From IMG/VR virus record IMGVR_UViG_3300020183_005383, positions 1 through 53,365 of that record: a DNA stretch of 53,365 bases, one strand, 5' to 3'. The notes under the pieces were generated by a model that ran no database searches, was not told where the DNA came from, and was given only the letters and a program-made list of their open reading frames with translations. The DNA comes from a virus. Lineage: Duplodnaviria; Caudoviricetes. A program made the position numbers and the translations under genes. Shown here piece by piece: positions 8,853-18,800 of this stretch; position 1 is the stretch's first letter; the number at the start of each line of letters is the position of its first letter.

Positions 8853-10477
8853 GATATTATTTTTATATATTCTTCTTTTATTTGTTCAGCCACTTTGATA
8901 GAGTGATATTTTTCCAAATCAGATGGAGGGTCAAATTTTTCTTTTTCGGATATAAATCCATTTGAATTTACTTTGAAAATCCAACCAGGCTTTCCACATA
9001 ACCAACCTTCAATGGTACTTCTCCCCAATTGTATACCAGCAGTTTCCTTACAATTTTTAATAAACTTTTCTACATTCCAAGTTGCTGGAAAATGTTTGAT
9101 GTGTTTCTCAAGAAGCAACAATTCCAAATACTTGGATTTGTTTTCTCCTACTATCCATAGTTCTAAATTGTTTTTTTCACAATACTCAGAAAGTTCCATA
9201 AGGGTATCTTTTCTTAGATAGTCAATTGTTCCAACAAATAAAACGTAATTCTCCTCTTTGTTGTTTTTGGAATTAAATTTTTCTTCATCGACTGGATTGT
9301 AAATCACCTCAATGTCTTCTTCCTTGATTTCGAAATTATCTATCAGATGAGTTTTAATTTCAGGTCTAATTGCTATGTATTTTTTCACCGTATCATTTAT
9401 GAAAGGTTCTTCCAAACTAATAACCTCAGAGTGTATGGAATATATTTTTGGAAGTTCAGGGTAAAAATTACAAATTCTTTCAGCAACTGGTTTGTGTTGA
9501 ATGTGAACAATATCAAAGTCTACCTCCGATACTCTATACATCATATTTTCTTTTGATGGCTCAAATCCCTTTTCAGTTTGTATGCCCCATTTTCCGTCTC
9601 CTAATTTGAAACCAGGAGCTTCTTCAAAGGGTAAAACTTTGATTCCAATTTTTCTTGCCATATCGGTAAGAGGTCCGCCAATTTGTGATACAATTGTCAC
9701 ACTACAGTTTAATTTCATCAAACTTTTAGCGAGCTCATAAACATAAAGTTCAGAACCTGTGAAAGTTTTAAACATAAGACAAGATATGAGGACTCTAAGT
9801 TTTTTATTTAAATTGAAAGGTAATTTTGTTGGAAGATAATTTTCATAAATTTTTTCGAACTTTTGTCTATTATTTTCCCACTGTTCATTTGTTTGTCCAA
9901 TTGATTTGTGAGTGATTCTTACATTTGTTATTATACCTATTTTGATTCCTTCTAAGTAATTGTCAAAACAGAAGGGAATGTCATAAAAGTGAAAACCTTT
10001 GAAAGATTCATTAAAGTTTTTTTTAATTCTTTTCTTATGAATAGCAATAAAAACACCATCAACAATTATTGATGGCTCGATGTTATTACCAAACGACTCT
10101 GAATATTTGGACTCCCATTTTTTTCCTCCACTCTCGTGATTTACAATACCAATCATTTTTTTTCTGTCTTCCCACCACATACCTGATTTGGGCATGTATC
10201 TTGTTCCAGCCATCCCCAAAATACCATATTCACTTTTTTCGAAATGTTCTTTAATTTTCGGGTACCACGCATTAGTGTCGAAATAAATGTCATCGTGGCA
10301 TAAAATAACTATATCCGTATCTGACTCTTCTAAAATTTCATTGTAAACTTGAGACAAGGATTTATCACCATTATTAATCTTTTCGATTACTTTAGTTTTC
10401 TTAAAACCTGAACTCTTGATTAAGTAATCTGTAAATTCTGGTTTTGGTGATTTTGTTGAATAACCTATAGTAATCAT
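8849..10477 (-). CDS. Bifunctional glycosyltransferase (N-terminal GT2-like, C-terminal GT4/GT-B-like)
   Basis: YN...LCHDD, VDGVFIA, GFHFYD in the N-terminal half; TGSELYVYELAKSL, VIYNPVD, VLFVG, IEGWLCGKP in the C-terminal half. Confidence 0.85.
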   Translation of the reverse strand: MITIGYSTKSPKPEFTDYLIKSSGFKKTKVIEKINNGDKSLSQVYNEILEESDTDIVILCHDDIYFDTNAWYPKIKEHFEKSEYGILGMAGTRYMPKSGMWWEDRKKMIGIVNHESGGKKWESKYSESFGNNIEPSIIVDGVFIAIHKKRIKKNFNESFKGFHFYDIPFCFDNYLEGIKIGIITNVRITHKSIGQTNEQWENNRQKFEKIYENYLPTKLPFNLNKKLRVLISCLMFKTFTGSELYVYELAKSLMKLNCSVTIVSQIGGPLTDMARKIGIKVLPFEEAPGFKLGDGKWGIQTEKGFEPSKENMMYRVSEVDFDIVHIQHKPVAERICNFYPELPKIYSIHSEVISLEEPFINDTVKKYIAIRPEIKTHLIDNFEIKEEDIEVIYNPVDEEKFNSKNNKEENYVLFVGTIDYLRKDTLMELSEYCEKNNLELWIVGENKSKYLELLLLEKHIKHFPATWNVEKFIKNCKETAGIQLGRSTIEGWLCGKPGWIFKVNSNGFISEKEKFDPPSDLEKYHSIKVAEQIKEEYIKIIS

Positions 10478-10644
10478 TTCAAAAATTTATTTTTAGAATC
10501 TTTAATTATTTCGTGAGATGTTTTGGTTGGTTCCTTTTTTGCTTGCGAGATACAATCTAAAATGAACTCAGCTAATAAATTTTTTTTATCTATTTTTTTT
10601 ATCAAGTCAATCAGAATATCAAGGTTTTCGTAATACTTTCCCAT
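10474..10644 (-). CDS. Small hypothetical protein (56 aa)
   Basis: Below the ORF-track cutoff. MGKYYENLDILIDLIKK...KNKFLK fills the gap, and its TGA overlaps the next start (ATGA). Confidence 0.65.
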   Translation of the reverse strand: MGKYYENLDILIDLIKKIDKKNLLAEFILDCISQAKKEPTKTSHEIIKDSKNKFLK

Positions 10645-10650
10645 TTTATA

Positions 10651-11250
10651 TTATTTTAATCCTGTACTTCCAAATCCCTTATCACCTCTTTCTGAAGTTC
10701 CTAAATTGTCCATTTCTTCGAATTTTACAAACTTTCCACAAACAACAGGGCAAACCACACCTTGAGCCACTTTCATTCCTTTTTCTACAATTATTGAACT
10801 ACTATTAACATTGAATACTGGAACTTTTATCTCGCCCAAATAACCTCTGTCAACTGTACCAGGCGAATTCAGAACTATCAATCCCAAATTTATTGATAAA
10901 CCACTTTTAGTTCTTACTTGAATTTCATATCCCTCTGGTAAATCAAATGAAAGTCCTGTTGGAATAAGAGCTCTACCAAAAGCGGGAATAACAAATTTTT
11001 CAGTGGAATATAAATCAAATCCAGAATCAAGCTCGTATGCGTACGAAGGGGTTTTGGTGTCTTCGTTTAGTTTTTTGAAACGTATTACTTTTGTGTTATG
11101 TTGAAGAATAATATTCTCTTCCAAGTCTTCGAAAGACAAATCTATCAAATCTGAGATTTCATCATTTTCCAAATCTTCTCCTGAGTTTCTAATTTCTTTT
11201 TGAAATCTTTCAAACAAAGATTTCAATTCTTCCTCATAATTTTTATCCAT
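10651..11250 (-). CDS. dut: Trimeric dUTPase with acidic N-terminal extension
   Basis: SGFDL, LIPTGL, RTKSGL, GTVDRGYLGEI, RGDKGFGSTG (motifs I-V). Confidence 0.95.
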   Translation of the reverse strand: MDKNYEEELKSLFERFQKEIRNSGEDLENDEISDLIDLSFEDLEENIILQHNTKVIRFKKLNEDTKTPSYAYELDSGFDLYSTEKFVIPAFGRALIPTGLSFDLPEGYEIQVRTKSGLSINLGLIVLNSPGTVDRGYLGEIKVPVFNVNSSSIIVEKGMKVAQGVVCPVVCGKFVKFEEMDNLGTSERGDKGFGSTGLK

Positions 11251-11251
11251 A

Positions 11252-11953
11252 TTATTTTAAATTATTAATTTTTGTTACGACATCAATTAACGAACGTACA
11301 TCCGCTTCACAATAATCTGAAATACCTTTGAAATCCTTTTTATTCCAAAATGCATCATGAACTTTATTACCTGTAATTTCCATTGTTTTTGGAGACGGAA
11401 CATTGAGACAAACACACATAAGTTCTAAAGATGCTATACTTGTGTAATTTCCAAATTGCCAAAAATCTTTTGTATCAAATGCTTTTATTTCCCAAGGTTT
11501 TGTATCATACCCTGGTAAAATTTTAGGTGGAGTTAATCCGTTAATTATCATTCTTTTGGCTAAAACAGGTATATCGAAACCTTTTACGTTGTGTCCACAT
11601 AGATAAAATCCCAATTCACCTACTTTAATTAAAAGTTTTTGAACATCAAACAATATTTTTTTTTCATCTAAGTCGTTGAAGGATTGAATTTTTGTCACAT
11701 TTGTGTCGGAAACAAAAGCTACACTCACACATGCAATTCTATTAAATTCTGGCACCAAAGCAGCTCTGTTCACAAACATTTCGGAAATAGTTTTGTTAGC
11801 ATCCTCAGGAAACCTTTTTTGAAACCAATCGAAGTAGTTTTTGAATTGAAAAGATAGAGCAGGACGATTAGATTCTAATTGTTCCCAAGAAGATTCGATA
11901 CCCACAGTCTCAATGTCAATAAAAAGAAGTTTATTAAAAGGTATGTTAATCAT
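11252..11953 (-). CDS. Stand-alone DEDDy 3'-5' exonuclease (PolB-exonuclease-like)
   Basis: ExoI FIDIET, ExoII GHNVKGFD, ExoIII YCEADV. Confidence 0.9.
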   Translation of the reverse strand: MINIPFNKLLFIDIETVGIESSWEQLESNRPALSFQFKNYFDWFQKRFPEDANKTISEMFVNRAALVPEFNRIACVSVAFVSDTNVTKIQSFNDLDEKKILFDVQKLLIKVGELGFYLCGHNVKGFDIPVLAKRMIINGLTPPKILPGYDTKPWEIKAFDTKDFWQFGNYTSIASLELMCVCLNVPSPKTMEITGNKVHDAFWNKKDFKGISDYCEADVRSLIDVVTKINNLK

Positions 11954-13161
11954 ATAATTGATTTGTAAAATTCTGCTCTAGATTTTGTAACAGTTGACAA
12001 ATTATATTTGTCTTTAACAGTCTCATATAATCTTTCACCTAAATCCTCAACCATGTTCGGATTCTTAATTAGTTTTTCAATATATTTTGACCAATCAGAA
12101 TGATTTCTATTCTCATCAACTAATAAGGCATTTCCATCAACAAAATTACCATTCTGAAGTGAATGTTTCAAATCTATTGTGTAGGGGCCAAGATTTGTTG
12201 CAATCAGGGCTTTCTTGTAAAATCCCGCCTCTATAACCTTGAGTTGTGATTTTACTCTATTAAAAATTGTATTCTTAATTGGTGCTAATGAAACATCAAA
12301 TTTTGAATAGTTTTTTGCATAGGATGTGACTGGTTGTGTCCATACACGAACATATGCCTCATTAATTGCATTTTCAAAATTTTCTTTCGAGTATTGTAAT
12401 AGATACTTTTTATAATCTGAAGATACAGTTACATATTTCTGTGTAAAAATTTCTTCATATCTCGCCCAAACAGTTTCATGTGGCAGTATGTCTCTTTTCT
12501 TGTGTTCACCTGTTTGTGAGTTTATTTCAGTAACGGAACCTCTTATATCAAACCCACAAAGAACAAATTGTAATTTGTCTTTATACTTAGAAAGTTTACT
12601 AAAAGATTGGTCTAATAATTGTAAATCGTGGAGGTGTGAAGAACCACCCAACCAACCTATTCTTAATCTATCAGAGGGAGGTGTGGATTCTTTGAATTGA
12701 GGTTCATTTGGGTTGATGGCATTTGGAAAAATGACAATGTTGTTATTTACTTTTTTTATCTCGTCAGCAAAAATAGAGGTTGTTGTACTGACATATTTCG
12801 AAACCTTAAGATTTGCAACAATCTTTTCATTTATCTTATTAAATTTTATCACATCGTGAATTGGATGTTCTTTACCTGGCATCCAATAATCATCTATATC
12901 ACAAACAGTAACAATACCAAGTTTATTTAATTGTTGAATTAGTTCATTTGCCTTGTCAAAATCAGGGCCGATACTTCTGTGTAAAGCAACTATTTGATAC
13001 TTTTTGAAAAATTCTAAATCATTTACAGGGGTGTCATAAATTATATCTACATGAAAATCATCCCCATATAAATTCTGAAGAAATATATGAGGGTCGATTG
13101 ACCTAAATTTACCGACACCTGTTCTGTCGGAAGGAATCACTAAAAGATTGATTTTGGACAT
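11950..13161 (-). CDS. GT-B (GT4-like) glycosyltransferase
   Basis: GVGKFR, DIDDYW, FPNAI, IGWLGGSSH..DL, DVSLAPI...FN..KS.LK.IEAG. ATG at 13161 preferred over the track's TTG at 13182. Confidence 0.85.
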   Translation of the reverse strand: MSKINLLVIPSDRTGVGKFRSIDPHIFLQNLYGDDFHVDIIYDTPVNDLEFFKKYQIVALHRSIGPDFDKANELIQQLNKLGIVTVCDIDDYWMPGKEHPIHDVIKFNKINEKIVANLKVSKYVSTTTSIFADEIKKVNNNIVIFPNAINPNEPQFKESTPPSDRLRIGWLGGSSHLHDLQLLDQSFSKLSKYKDKLQFVLCGFDIRGSVTEINSQTGEHKKRDILPHETVWARYEEIFTQKYVTVSSDYKKYLLQYSKENFENAINEAYVRVWTQPVTSYAKNYSKFDVSLAPIKNTIFNRVKSQLKVIEAGFYKKALIATNLGPYTIDLKHSLQNGNFVDGNALLVDENRNHSDWSKYIEKLIKNPNMVEDLGERLYETVKDKYNLSTVTKSRAEFYKSII

Positions 13162-13215
13162 GATTTTTATATATGTCCCCAAAATATAACAATTGAAAAT
13201 TGATAAAGAAAGTCG

Positions 13216-13803
13216 TTAGGGAATCTTTTTGATTTTTGTGACTTTGCCTTCAAAAATGTGTTTCCCTACTTTGAAAGAAAAAAATTCATTTGATTTTTCA
13301 ACAGACTCGGATATGATACCATGTTCTTTAAGTATTTCTTCGACCGATTCTTTGATTATTGTTTTCAAATCTAAAGAAGATGTTGATAAACTTTTTGATT
13401 GAGGACTAGATTTTTGTTTTGCGCTTTCGGGTTGGTAGTTATTGGATTGTTCATTCATTAATCTTGACGCCTTTTCAATAAGCTCATTGGATAAAGTAGC
13501 CGATTGTTGTTGCGGTCTTTCGATAGGATATTCTATCATAAGATTCTTTATGTCTTCAGGAAGTCTCGATTTTTTTATAGATTCTATCGATGGTGTTCCA
13601 TATTGATGTTGAGTTTTAGGTGTTGATAATTGTGGAGCCTCTTGTAAAAATTCGGAGGGAATATTATATTTCGCGTTCGGTATATTAAATGAGCTAATCG
13701 ATGTATTATCAGATAAGGAGGGGGTATGATTACCTCTTGACATGGAGTCATGTTTCTCCATAATTTTTTTTGACATCATTAGTTTTTGCATCAATTGTTC
13801 CAT
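13216..13803 (-). CDS. Hypothetical phage protein
   Basis: Intact 195-aa ORF in a tightly packed - strand run; low-complexity middle, C-terminal FKVGKHIFEG. Confidence 0.7.
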   Translation of the reverse strand: MEQLMQKLMMSKKIMEKHDSMSRGNHTPSLSDNTSISSFNIPNAKYNIPSEFLQEAPQLSTPKTQHQYGTPSIESIKKSRLPEDIKNLMIEYPIERPQQQSATLSNELIEKASRLMNEQSNNYQPESAKQKSSPQSKSLSTSSLDLKTIIKESVEEILKEHGIISESVEKSNEFFSFKVGKHIFEGKVTKIKKIP

Positions 13804-13805
13804 AT

Positions 13806-14189
13806 TCAGAATTTAGCTAAATAAATTATTCGAGACGCTCTTTTGTCCCCTTGTTGGTTATAACCAGGTCTTAATTGAGTGAAATTTTCACCTGTTGGAT
13901 TCCAAGACAAAATTTTATCAAGTCTGAAAAGTCTCCAATAAGGTAAAAAACCATCACCAACAGCAACTTTATGTGAGGCTCCTTCTCTGTCCCAAGCGCA
14001 TAGATTTGTATTCCCACTCCTTTTATCTACAAACAAACATACTGGTTCAATAGTTCTAAGACCTCTACCTCCTGGCTCATCTCCATCATAATATATAGAA
14101 ACAACTTTTTTTCCGTCAATAGCACTACCAATACTTTCTATGGAAGCAATCTCAGTAATTAACCCTTTCAGTATGTTTTTTAATTTCAT
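13806..14189 (-). CDS. Stand-alone WYL-domain protein
   Basis: AID.KKVVSIYY.G, RTIEP, LCAWD, WRLFRLDKI; no HTH seen. Confidence 0.85.
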   Translation of the reverse strand: MKLKNILKGLITEIASIESIGSAIDGKKVVSIYYDGDEPGGRGLRTIEPVCLFVDKRSGNTNLCAWDREGASHKVAVGDGFLPYWRLFRLDKILSWNPTGENFTQLRPGYNQQGDKRASRIIYLAKF

Positions 14190-14485
14190 GTTGCGAAATT
14201 AGGATACGGGTTGGATGAGTTATATTTGTTTATCTTTATTTCATTTTTCCTCTCTACAACATCTGTAATTGTACCAGCGTCTACGTTGTATACATCGAGA
14301 TAAGAGCCTGTTCCTCTTCCCATTGAGTCGCCATCGGCAATAGCGTCTCGATTTACAGATGAGTATTCATTACCCACTTTATTATAATCATTTTTGGGAA
14401 TTAATTTAGCCCTTTCTTGGTCAGCCACAGCTGTCATCGTGTTTTTTTCGGTTTGACTGAAATCAAGATTAATTTGTTCTGCCAT
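14186..14485 (-). CDS. Hypothetical phage protein
   Basis: Intact 99-aa ORF, coupled to the WYL gene by an ATGA overlap. Confidence 0.7.
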   Translation of the reverse strand: MAEQINLDFSQTEKNTMTAVADQERAKLIPKNDYNKVGNEYSSVNRDAIADGDSMGRGTGSYLDVYNVDAGTITDVVERKNEIKINKYNSSNPYPNFAT

Positions 14486-14489
14486 AATA

Positions 14490-14957
14490 TTATATTTTTG
14501 AAATTATTTCGTTTATTCTTTTGAGACTTTCTGTAACTGCGGTGTCATATTTTTCTTTTGTGGATTTATGTTTTTGAGAGGGACGGACATTCATGAAATC
14601 TTTTTTTTCGTGTGATTTTATGAATTGATTCATCATACCTGTGTCCATTTTATTTCTTTTTGTGATTTTTAATCCATCTCTCATTTTTCTTAATTGGTCA
14701 TTAACCCAATTTTTCATAACAACCCCTCCATTCAAAATAAATGAAGTATCTTTTTCATTTCCTTTAAAATTATCAAAGAAATTTTTTATTCTCTTAAGTT
14801 GTTTATATGTAATATAATTTTTGGATTGAAGTTCACTATTCCTTATGAACCCCTCTGAGTTTTTATCTACGTCTTTGACCATACTCATGGATTTTCTCAT
14901 GTGGTCTTGTTTATCCTTAGGAAATTCAATAAAACTATCGTATAATGACTTATTCAT
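14490..14957 (-). CDS. Hypothetical phage protein (possibly head-associated)
   Basis: Intact ORF; LKRIKNFFD...LNGG..MKNW pattern. Confidence 0.65.
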   Translation of the reverse strand: MNKSLYDSFIEFPKDKQDHMRKSMSMVKDVDKNSEGFIRNSELQSKNYITYKQLKRIKNFFDNFKGNEKDTSFILNGGVVMKNWVNDQLRKMRDGLKITKRNKMDTGMMNQFIKSHEKKDFMNVRPSQKHKSTKEKYDTAVTESLKRINEIISKI

Positions 14958-15780
14958 TTTTTAAAAATTTAATTAAATCCTTTTTTGATAAACCTTGTTT
15001 TTCCATCTGTTTTATTAAGGTGTTAATATTTTTTTGTATGATTTTAGGAACTTGTTTTTCTTCTTCATTTTCTTTTTGTTTCTCGACTACGTCGGATTTA
15101 GTAATGTTTTTTTGTTTCATCAAAATATCTTCCAAAACCTTAATTGCTTTTTGTTTTTGAATTTCTGATAGGGTAGCTCTTGTTATAAAATTTTTATCTT
15201 TCTTGTATGCGGAGTTTTTGTCTTTTTTTCCTGATGGGTCTTTTCCTTGTTCTTCTGTTCTATCTCGAGCTTCTTCATCGTTCATTTCCAATTCATCTCT
15301 GAAGTACTTGTATGTTTCTATTCCATCAAGGTCTTTTGTTTCTTCGTAACCAAAAGCACCAGACATATCTTCTTCTTCTATTTCCTCAACTGATTCACCA
15401 TAATAAGTTCTATACCCACGAGAGATTGGGTCATTTGTGATTCTAGCCGCAGAAACAGTTTGGTCCATAGTTTTTTTTGGATGTAATGTAGGGTCTAAAA
15501 TAGGAATCTTAGAGTTAGATAAGGAACCGTCTGCATTCACTAATTCATCAATTTCACCTCCTATATCTTTTGTAGATTTTTTAGTTTTCTTCTTGATTAA
15601 TGAATCTATATAATTTTTAACTTTTCCAACCTTATCTCTGGGAACTTTAATCATCATATCTTTTTTTCTAGCTTCTGACAATGTGTTTTCATATGAAAAA
15701 TATATATGATATTCATCACTTTTTTCTCTTAAAAGAAAATAATATGGAGCAGAGTAAAATTCTTTATCAATTTGAATCAT
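14950..15780 (-). CDS. Hypothetical highly charged phage protein
   Basis: 276-aa Glu/Lys-rich ORF; first gene of the - strand run, preceded by TATTTAT. Confidence 0.7.
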   Translation of the reverse strand: MIQIDKEFYSAPYYFLLREKSDEYHIYFSYENTLSEARKKDMMIKVPRDKVGKVKNYIDSLIKKKTKKSTKDIGGEIDELVNADGSLSNSKIPILDPTLHPKKTMDQTVSAARITNDPISRGYRTYYGESVEEIEEEDMSGAFGYEETKDLDGIETYKYFRDELEMNDEEARDRTEEQGKDPSGKKDKNSAYKKDKNFITRATLSEIQKQKAIKVLEDILMKQKNITKSDVVEKQKENEEEKQVPKIIQKNINTLIKQMEKQGLSKKDLIKFLKNE

Positions 15781-15795
15781 ACGAATTCTTTATAC

Positions 15796-15822
15796 ATAAA
15801 TACTATGTCACAAGGTATTTAT
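15796..15822. promoter_or_regulatory. Back-to-back GTATTTAT motifs (candidate divergent promoters)
   Basis: ATAAATAC (15796-15803) and GTATTTAT (15815-15822) form an inverted pair between divergent starts at 15780 and 15832. Confidence 0.6.
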
Positions 15823-15831
15823 CATTAGTTT

Positions 15832-18800
15832 ATGGCTTATCAAAATATTTTCCAATACAACTTCAGAAAAATAGGTTTGATTCCTTTTCGAGAGGTCACA
15901 GACATATGTTTAGCAAACGACGAAAGAGAATTTAATCAAGATGTTGTATTTTCTCCTCTTTTGATAGGAGATGATGATGGGAACGTTATGCCGTTCAAAT
16001 TCGATTTCAATTCCACAGGAACAACATTATGCCAGACTTCTACATGTAACTTCAATAATGATACAATAGTTTCTGAAAATTATTGGAATCCAAGTGGTAT
16101 AAATCCTAATATCTGTCCGTCTGCATCCACACTTTGTGACGTCGGTTTGACAGGGATTGACAATGGTTTAGTCAAACAAATATCAGGAGAAACTATTGAT
16201 ATCACAACAGGATTATACACAAATATTAATGACAAATTTAGTAGATTCAAGTACGACAGAAGATTCAAAATGCATCCGATTACAGGGTTTACTACAACCG
16301 CTAACAGGCTTTGGAATGACAATTCATATACCTACAATTTAAATTATACAACTTATGGAGATGAGGTGGGTTATTTTGCAAGATTACAAGGAGGTTTTTA
16401 TCAAGGATTTTATAAACTACCAGGGTATAGATATCAAATTTTTCCAGAAAGGGTCAATTTAGGTTGGACCGCCGAGATGATGTTGAGATATAGGTGGACA
16501 GGTAGTACTGATGTTGGATTAAATTACAGATATCCAGAAAATAAAGGGACATTCTTTTTCATGGGGGCAAGAGCAGAAAACAAATTTTATCACTATGCAG
16601 ATGGAAGTCCAAAACAAGACACAGGTTACACAAGAGTGACCTCAGGTCTGACTTGCATGCATACTTGTGAATGTTTGGAAACTGGAATCACCGCTTCCAA
16701 TAGTTGTATTCCTGTTTATCAACCATCGGGTCTTACATCATACACTTGTTCTTGTGAAACATATGTTTCAGTTCCTGAGTTGGACCCTTTGTATGATGGA
16801 GTATCTAACGCCATGTCGATAAGACTTTCAGGAAATACAGGAAATCCAAGACTCTGTGTAAAGGTTTATACTATAACAGGTGCTTGTGAAACCACAGGGA
16901 CTTGTACAACAGGACTTACATTTACTACGGGGACATCTGTAACAGAGTGGTGCTCAACACGGGGTATATTTGAATTTTGTTCAGGAACAACGTATTTTGA
17001 TTCGGAGCATTGGGTTCAAATAGACGCGGTATTCAGGAGGAGAGAATGGTTCGAGCTTTGTGACCTTTATGATATGGGTGGATTAGGTCTTTTAGTTTCA
17101 GAAGAATATACTGCGACCACTGCTAATAATAGTTTGAATCTCATTCGTCCCCCGATAACACACTTAAATATTGACCCGGCGACTACTGAAGTTGTACAAT
17201 TTAAAGATTCTTGGTTCGAAGAAAAAGACTATAGACTAGGTGATTTGATTATATATGTGAACGGTAGACCTTTTCTAGTCATAGAGGATTTTGAAGAAAT
17301 TATACCAAGACTATTAAACACACCAAGAGAAAAACAAATAGGTGTCGGATATAATATATCTTTAGGTGGAGGGACACAAGGATTGCACGATAATCTGACA
17401 TTGTCAGGTGGATGTCCCGAAGCTCTTTCGGGAATGACTTATCAACAGGACCCTGAATGTTTAACAACTCAAGACCTAACTCACACAATTTATTCAGGAC
17501 TAACCACTCATATAAGGTTGGAGGAGATTTTTGGCGGAAGTTTTATAGGTGATGTAAGTGCTTTCAGAATGTATACAATTCCATTGGATGCCTCAGAAAT
17601 TGCTCACAATTTCAGAATTCTTAAAAATAGATATCAACTTCTTGACCCTAACTGTATTCAATGTATTTTAGATTGTCCTAATAATGATTTGACATACGAA
17701 TTTATTCCTTGTCCCTCACCAACACCCACAATAACACCTACGGAGACTCCAACACAGACTCCGACTGAGACTCCAACATTAACGCCCACAAATACACAAA
17801 CAGAAACTCCAACTCAGACACCAACTAACACTGAAACTCCTACAAATACTCCTACGGAGACATCAACTCAAACACCAACTAACACTGAAACTCCAACAGA
17901 AACTCCAACAGAAACTCCAACTAACACGCCGACGCCAAGTATCACTGCAAGTCCAGGACAAACACCGACGGCTACGGAGACTCAGACACCTACACCTACT
18001 ACAACACAAACAAATACTCCAACAAAGGCAAGGATTCCTTTTGTTGTTTGTTCAGGTACAACCTCTATTGACGCTTGTAGTTGTATAGTTAATGGAACAA
18101 TTTGGGGTGATTATGTTGATTTCGATGCTAATACTCAGTTCTATGATTCTCCTGTAGGACCTAATACAATAGATATGACAGGATACTACTCCTACAATGG
18201 TATCTTAGTACAATTAGATTCAGGTGGATTTGAAATAGGTGGTTATTCAATTTGTCCGAGTCAAACGCCAACTCCGACAAATACTTCAACGATAACCGCA
18301 ACACCATCGGAAACTCCAACCCAAACACCAACTAACACTGAAACTCCTACAAATACACCAACGGAAACTCCAACTCAGACACCTACTAATACTGAAACTC
18401 CTACAAATACACCAACAGAAACTCCAACTCAGACACCTACTAATACTGAAACTCCTACAAATACTCCTACGGAGACATCAACTCAAACACCAACTAACAC
18501 TGAAACTCCAACTGAAACTCCAACAGAAACTCCAACTCAGACACCTACTAATACTGAAACACCTACACAAACCCCGACCAATACACAAACACCGACACCT
18601 TCTATAACAGCTAGCCAAACCCAAACACCGACACCTTCTATAACAGCTAGCCAAACCCAAACACCGACACCTTCTATAACAGCTAGCCAAACCCAAACAC
18701 CGACACCAACCTCAACTAATACGCCAACAAAAACTAATACTCCAACCCCATCAATTACTGCATCTCCGTCTACAACAGCTGCGGTCACTCCAACACCTAC

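Noticed and set aside
17803-18537. Repeat pair as a DGR template/variable region
   Set aside because: Only about 3 synonymous differences, not an adenine-specific pattern, both copies in a low-complexity linker, and no reverse transcriptase in the window.
18586-18707. 36-bp repeats of CRISPR-like length
   Set aside because: Head-to-tail with no spacers, in frame within a CDS, and no cas genes in the window.
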